A stretch of 64,000 nt of DNA from Schmidtea polychroa (Eukaryota): positions 60,884,001 through 60,948,000 of the forward strand of contig CM097887.1 of assembly GCA_044892525.1 (NCBI GenBank). The letters run 5' to 3'. Positions 61,557 to 64,000 of this stretch are shown here, one piece after another. Under the pieces are notes generated by a model, which was not told the origin of the DNA, ran no database searches, and saw nothing but the letters and a program-made list of their open reading frames with translations. The position numbers and the translations under genes were made by a program. Each line of letters begins with the position of its first letter. Position 1 is the first letter of the stretch.

Positions 61557-63523
61557 ACATTACAAAAAATATTAAAATAATTAATAGGTTGTTTTAATAA
61601 TATTTCTGTAATTTAATATAATTTGAAAATCTATTATGACCACACTTAAAACGGATCTATTAATACAATTACAAGGTAGCAGCAAACGATGTTAAATTTA
61701 AATTCTTTTATCTAGACAGACTAAAGGTATTTTAAATTTTAGTATGAGAACAATTAATGGAAGAAAAGTTTCAAAAGCTAAAAAATTGTTAAAGGACACC
61801 GAGTATTTATTAGGAACAAAATATTTAGACCTAATTGGAAAATTTGATTTTCTGCTAACAGAAGAAGGCTATATTGCTTGGCAAAATTAGAATAAAATGG
61901 GCATTGCTGATGAAGATGCAAGAAGCCGGTTTTTCAAAATTTTCAGGTCATAGAAATAAATTGTAGATAAAATTTATGTATCACCTCATGTGAAATAAGA
62001 GTAAAATGAGTGCTTTGCAACGTTTGAATTAAAAGTGTAAAAGCGGTCACATTATGTTCTTGATTTAGAAATTTCAAGAGAGAAAATAATATGTTTATAA
62101 ATTGTGTTTACAACATTATACGGATATACAAATAATGGAACACCCGAGGGAATAATTAATGAAAATGATGTAGATAAATGGTCTAAGTTAAAAATAAGTT
62201 AAATAAATTTAAACAACCGAATTTATTTGAATATAAACATTTTTCGATAAAATTCATAAGAATGTCGTAACAAAGCTTCTATTAATTTGCAAGCAAATAA
62301 AAATGTCTACACAAAAATAATTTGAAGTTAGGTTTTAATTTGTTAGCCAATTGCGATTTTAATTGTTGGATAAGTTGGTTAAATTCCAATATCTGTGGGG
62401 CCGCAAAATACAACACTTTTAGTTTCACTGAAACAAATTGTCAGAAAGTTGTATAATCAATGCTGTGAATTATTAAATCATAAAGATGAATGAATGAAAT
62501 GAGGTCTCTCATATAATTATGAAAATGACCATTTACGGTATCAATACTCATTAAAGGATAGATGGCTCATTTACGGTAAGTTAAATTATTTATTTAGAAA
62601 TTGCTATTAGATAAAATTAGTAACGAGTGAAATAATGAACATGAAAATCAGGACTCTTCAAAAACAACAATAAAACCAATAATGCATGAAATGGACACAC
62701 ATTTCTTCAATAAGGTCACAAGCGAAATATTATTGAGAAAGATAATTGTATAGTGATATTGATAACCAATGTATTTAGAAAATAAAATTTAGAAATTGAA
62801 AATTTCTTGAAGGAAAAATTATCAGATTGCGCCAGAGCCCATTAATTTTTCATTTCTTATATGTCTAGATTTTATAATACTAAATACAGTCACAGAAATA
62901 TTTTCATTTCCGATGCTAAATATGGAATTATTACTATTAGACTTTTTTAGAAGATGAAAAAGATTTTCAATAAACGATTTAGAACAAGCAAATTATCAAG
63001 TTTAATTTGAAAATAAATTCACCGAATAAAACAACTTACTGTACAAAAGAAGGATAAAGTTCAAAGGCATATTTTTAACAAAAACATCTATGGGTTTTTT
63101 AAATTTCGAACTTTAAACGTCAATTTATTCTAAATGACTTGGATTAAATCAAAATAAATTGTTTATATGAAACATAAAACAAGGTCAAAAAATACTAATT
63201 GCTGTAAAAATCTTTGTCAGAAAATTGTAACATATTCCTCAAAATTGGGAATTCAAGTAATTACTCAAATATTAAGAAAGAAATAATTTCAAAACTCTCG
63301 GAAGTAAAATAATATTTTATATTAAAAATTTTTTTTCTAACAATTAATGAAAAAAGATAAAATTCAAATTCAAATGTTTTAAACAATTTATAAAAAAATC
63401 TGATAATCTGCTAAGTGTAATTAGAAAATTTTAATTAAAACTTATTTTACGAAAATTTTCTTGGAATTGTTTTTCATAAAGTTTATATTGATAAAAGTTA
63501 AAAAAAAGTATTATGTTCATCTA

Positions 63524-64000
63524 CACTAAAACCTCGATTTGCGTCGTTAATTGGGCCCCAAGAAAGACGACGTAAATCGAAATTAAATTTTCCATATAAA
63601 AATGTATTTTGTTAATTAGTACTAAAACAAAAAATCCCTTGAATTAAAAACTATTTTTATTTCAATTATTATGTATATATGTAATACATAAACCAGCATT
63701 AAATATAAAGCATAATTCATTATATAAACAAAATATAAAATTCATTGCACCTTCTTTTTTTAATTCTAATTTGATGAACATGACGATTCTAAATCGATTA
63801 CCGTTTCTGTAGACTGTTTCTGGTTTGGTTCTCGTAATGTTACAGTTAAAAACTTGTCTAAAGTTTCCTGAACTTCTGCAGCTTTTTTCCCATATAAATT
63901 TCTTTATAGCAATTGATAGCGTTATCAATAGTTCGCTTAATTGTTAAGCATAGATTTTCGTCAAGGTCATTATCTACAAAAATGTCCATTGCTGTGAAGT
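63524..64000 (-). mobile_element. Tigger-like transposon 3' end (runs off the window)
   Basis: TA|CACTAAAACCTCGATTT terminus at 63524. The minus strand encodes FTAMDIFVDNDLDENLCLTIKRTIDNAINCYKE/LYGKKAAEVQETLDKFLT..., the Tigger transposase C-terminus pattern, with a frameshift. Confidence 0.65.

Noticed and set aside
61600-62800. Possible BEL internal (protease-region) remnant after LTR copy 4
   Set aside because: Only vague similarity across many stops, not supportable by eye.

Overview
AT-rich (roughly 70% A+T by eye) eukaryotic, intron-containing invertebrate DNA. A planarian-like flatworm is my inference and is not proven. Three host genes are recognisable, all on +: a ZP-domain protein (4 coding exons, 2046-8637, 5' end not found), RCC1 (4 exons, 35956-38046, 599 aa with a long acidic tail) and the first large exon of an UNC-93-like MFS protein (49792-50920). 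The rest is densely nested mobile DNA. The main structure is a young 16.2-kb LTR element (12731-28933, minus orientation). It has near-identical 1.54-kb LTRs, a GGAA TSD and a tRNA-Pro-like PBS. It encodes only a multi-zinc-knuckle Gag with no detectable pol, behind a ~9.5-kb leader that holds a ~57-copy 13-bp array and decayed coding islands. Also present: a Polinton/adintovirus capsid plus pPolB remnant, a near-intact hATm transposon, a Kolobok-like element with 360-bp TIRs, four BEL/Pao-type LTR copies, and many hAT, piggyBac, pogo/Tigger and mariner MITEs or remnants. There is one assembly gap (9449-9595). No rRNA, tRNA or CRISPR features were seen. All alignments were done by eye and no database searches were run.
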